Positions 25,401 to 27,870 of a stretch of DNA of 27,870 nucleotides are shown here, one piece after another (the stretch's first letter is position 1; each line of letters opens with the position of its first letter). Source of the DNA: Candidatus Zixiibacteriota bacterium (GTDB lineage Bacteria > Zixibacteria > MSB-5A5 > GN15 > JAAZOE01); the NCBI GenBank assembly GCA_043819555.1, contig JBDREQ010000048.1:1-27870 (forward strand), read 5' to 3'. A model generated the notes under the pieces. It did no database searches and was not told the DNA's origin. It saw nothing but the letters and a program-made list of their open reading frames with translations. Both the position numbers and the translations under genes were made by a program.

Positions 25401-25418
25401 TGTCCAGAATCCTTACAC
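25401..25418 (-). promoter_or_regulatory. TGT-N11-ACA enhancer site (PEP-CTERM/PrsR-type)
   Basis: Minus strand GTGTAAGGATTCTGGACA, about 100 bp upstream of the sigma54 site. Confidence 0.65.
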
Positions 25419-25598
25419 TATTTAATGTGTTGTTTTAGGTTATTGAAGCATCCTATTAAATAATAACGATTTATGAATATCGACATAATGTCGGTACCGT
25501 AAACACATTTTATTATGTTTTTTCATCGATATTTATTATTCTTAATTAATGCCGGGAAATTCCGGTAAATAATTGATAAGATACATCTGGAATCCGCT

Positions 25599-26057
25599 AT
25601 GAAAAAATTTTTCGAGAATTTGATGGGACAGCGCCGGAGTGGTGCGACCTCCGAACAATCGAATAAACATGATCTGCAGGTCGCCACGGCAGTATTGCTT
25701 TTGGAAATTGCCAAAATTGATGATGAGTTTACGGATGAAGAACGGGATGAGATTATTCTCATATTGAAGGAACATTTTGAGGTCGGCAAAGAAGAGGTTG
25801 AAAAAATCCTCGAAATTTCCCAAAAGGAAATCGACAAACAGCTTGATCTGTATCATTTTACCAAACAGATAAATGAACAATTCAGAATTGATGAAAAAAT
25901 TAAAATTATCGAAATGGTCTGGCGGGTCATTTATACCGATCAACAATTAAATGGGCATGAAGATTTTTTGGTGCATAGATTTGCCCGGCTTTTGCGTCTT
26001 GACCACGACAAACTTATAGACGCGAAACTTCGGGTTAAAAAAGAAATGAAGTTATAA
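25599..26057 (+). CDS. TerB-family protein
   Basis: LQVATAVLLLEIAKIDDEFTDEER...DLYHFTKQIN...IIEMVWRVIYTDQQLNGHEDFLVHRFARLL. Confidence 0.85.
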   Translation: MKKFFENLMGQRRSGATSEQSNKHDLQVATAVLLLEIAKIDDEFTDEERDEIILILKEHFEVGKEEVEKILEISQKEIDKQLDLYHFTKQINEQFRIDEKIKIIEMVWRVIYTDQQLNGHEDFLVHRFARLLRLDHDKLIDAKLRVKKEMKL

Positions 26058-26224
26058 TCCGAATCGTTATTTCCTTTCGATTAATATTATTCTCATCGAG
26101 CCGAATCCTTGAAAAATGGGGTTGCCACCGGATTTTAAACCATTATATTGACACGGCTATAACCGGACTGTGAAACAACCGGAACGGTAACTGAACTGAT
26201 GAATTTCCTGACTCGGAGGTGCCT

Positions 26225-27517
26225 ATGAAAGCACAAAATGTTAAAGCGGCGGATAACGCAATGAAATTGGGATTCTCGGCTTTGACCGACGATGAGATCA
26301 TCGGATACGAATCCAAATATGGAGCCCAGCATTATAAACGGCTTAAGACAATTATCCGCAAGGCGGAAGGCTGCTGGCTTTATACTCAGGATGGACGCAA
26401 AATCATCGACTGCCTGGCGGCCTATTCGGCGGCCAACCAGGGCCACCACCATCCAAAAATTGTCAAGGCGGCTGTCGATGCTATTCAAGGACAATATGCG
26501 TCCGTGCTTTCCAATGTTGTCTATACGGATTTACTGGCTCTCTTTCTCAAAAAAGTGGCCACTATGATGCCGCAGATCGCTCCGCGATTTGGCGACCATG
26601 GCAACAAGGTTTTGCCCAAGAACGGCGGCGTGGAATCGGTGGAAACCGCCATCAAACTCGCAAGATATTTTGGATGGAAACACAAAGGTATCCCCGACGG
26701 AAATCAGGAAATCATCGTTTTTGACAATAACTTTCATGGCCGGATGACGACCGTTATTTCGTTCTCGACGTCGAAAAAATATAAGGAAGGCTTTGGACCG
26801 TTGACGCCCGGGTTTACTTCGGTCAAGTATGGCGATCTTGAGGCTGTCAAAAGCAAGATTAATAAAAACACTTGCGCTGTTTTAATCGAGCCGATGCAGG
26901 GCGAAGGCGGTATGTATCTGCCTCCGGTGGGATTCCTCAAGAATCTGCGCGATGTGTGCGATGAGCATGATATGCTCCTTCTTTTCGACGAAATCCAGGT
27001 CGGTTTGGGACGAACCGGCAGGATGTTCTGCTTTGAGCACGAAAATGTCATTCCCGATGCTGTGATCCTGGGCAAAGCCATCTCCGGCGGACTGGCTCCG
27101 CTTTCGGTGATGGTTACCAGTCGGCATCTGATGGATATGGCTTTCTCGCCGGGCAGTGACGGCTCGACATTTGGCGGGTATCCGTTCGCGTGCGCCTGCG
27201 GTATTGCCGCGCTGGAAGTTATCGAAGATGAAAAGCTGGCTCAGAGGTCGGCCGAGATGGGTGCGATTCTGAGGAAGAAAATCGATGATATCGCTTCGCG
27301 GTCGAAGCATGTCAAAGAAGTGCGGGGTCAGGGACTGTTTATTGGCATCGAAGTCAAATCTGGTGATGCTATGCATTTCTGCCATCAGCTTCTCGATATG
27401 GATATGCTGGCCAACGACAGCCATGGTCATACGATTCGTATCAGCCCGCCGCTGATTATCGGCGAAAGTGAAATTGATTATATCTGCGAACGTCTTGAAA
27501 AGGTGCTTGTCGGATAA
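26225..27517 (+). CDS. rocD: Ornithine aminotransferase (class III PLP-dependent)
   Basis: DCLAAYSAANQGHHHPKI, KVLPKNGGVESVETAIKLAR, NFHGRMTTVISFS, IEPMQGEGG, FDEIQVGLGRTG, LGKAISGG, GSTFGG; GGAGG RBS before ATG 26225. Confidence 0.85.
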   Translation: MKAQNVKAADNAMKLGFSALTDDEIIGYESKYGAQHYKRLKTIIRKAEGCWLYTQDGRKIIDCLAAYSAANQGHHHPKIVKAAVDAIQGQYASVLSNVVYTDLLALFLKKVATMMPQIAPRFGDHGNKVLPKNGGVESVETAIKLARYFGWKHKGIPDGNQEIIVFDNNFHGRMTTVISFSTSKKYKEGFGPLTPGFTSVKYGDLEAVKSKINKNTCAVLIEPMQGEGGMYLPPVGFLKNLRDVCDEHDMLLLFDEIQVGLGRTGRMFCFEHENVIPDAVILGKAISGGLAPLSVMVTSRHLMDMAFSPGSDGSTFGGYPFACACGIAALEVIEDEKLAQRSAEMGAILRKKIDDIASRSKHVKEVRGQGLFIGIEVKSGDAMHFCHQLLDMDMLANDSHGHTIRISPPLIIGESEIDYICERLEKVLVG

Positions 27518-27534
27518 AGTGACGTAATATATTT

Positions 27535-27564
27535 CCGGGCAGATGTGGACATCTGCCCGGCACA
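27535..27564. repeat. REP-like palindrome, possibly also terminating rocD
   Basis: CCGGGCAGATGT-GG-ACATCTGCCCGG-CACA, perfect 12-bp stem; related to 2889-2915. Confidence 0.65.
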
Positions 27565-27684
27565 TAGAATACCCATAAATAAGAAATATTCTCCTTCTAT
27601 GAAGTTATCCATAAGGAGGGAGTACGCCTATGAGTAAAAAACAAATAGAAGGTAATCAAACTACATTTATCGCGCTTTGCGCGA

Positions 27685-27836
27685 TTGGCAAGAGCCTTGC
27701 AGGCTCTTTCCCTACGATTCAAAAAAATAATCTGTAGGGCAGCATCCCTTCGATGCTGTTATTCTTTTTAATTATCCCGCTACGCGGGATTGTCAGGAGC
27801 GCAGGGCTCCTGACTTTCTCGGGAATGACACAGGGG
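27685..27836. repeat. Second REP-like palindrome cluster
   Basis: TTGGCAAGAGCC-TTGCA-GGCTCTTTCCCTAC (27685-27715, same family as 1988-2018); GTAGGGCAGCATC-CCTTC-GATGCTG; ATCCCGC-TAC-GCGGGAT; GTCAGGAGC-GCAGG-GCTCCTGAC; CTCGGGAATGACA shared with 1863-1875. Confidence 0.7.
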
Positions 27837-27870
27837 ACAATTAGTTTGAAAAACTGTCAGGTCACAATTT

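Noticed and set aside
25599..26057. Tellurite-resistance (ter) island
   Set aside because: Only a lone TerB-family gene; no terA/C/D/Z neighbours.
26882..27565. 227-aa antisense ORF and other short nested or antisense ORFs within large genes
   Set aside because: Shadow frames of well-supported genes, with no motifs.

Overview
A 27.9-kb chromosomal window of a diderm bacterium. Secreted proteins with cohesin, dockerin, BACON, FG-GAP and T9SS-type C-terminal domains suggest an FCB-group lineage such as Zixibacteria (inference). Left to right: the left end of an IS30-family element; a secreted protein with a T9SS-type C-terminal domain; a dense cluster of REP-like palindromes; and a promoter with an SOS-box-like palindrome driving two tiny tandem-duplicated ORFs (the second a Cys-rich zinc ribbon) and a Hel308/Ski2-like helicase with an extra winged-helix tail. 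Next come a Lon protease whose ATPase motifs are degenerate but whose Ser-Lys dyad is intact; a stand-alone cohesin-like protein; a cohesin-(BACON)x5-dockerin protein; pyrE, lgt and rpmG; and a giant FG-GAP/ASPIC/BACON/cohesin/dockerin/CTD protein split by a 1-nt frameshift. The right part holds a YhaO/YhaN (Mre11/Rad50-like) pair, a PG-binding/CHAP amidase, trmB, a PEP-CTERM gene with sigma54 and enhancer sites, a TerB-family gene, ornithine aminotransferase and more REP-like repeats. The best candidates for new biology are the operator-controlled small-protein/helicase-wHTH operon, the non-cellulosomal cohesin-dockerin surface scaffold and the ATPase-degenerate Lon. All domain calls are from motif recognition by eye, not database searches.
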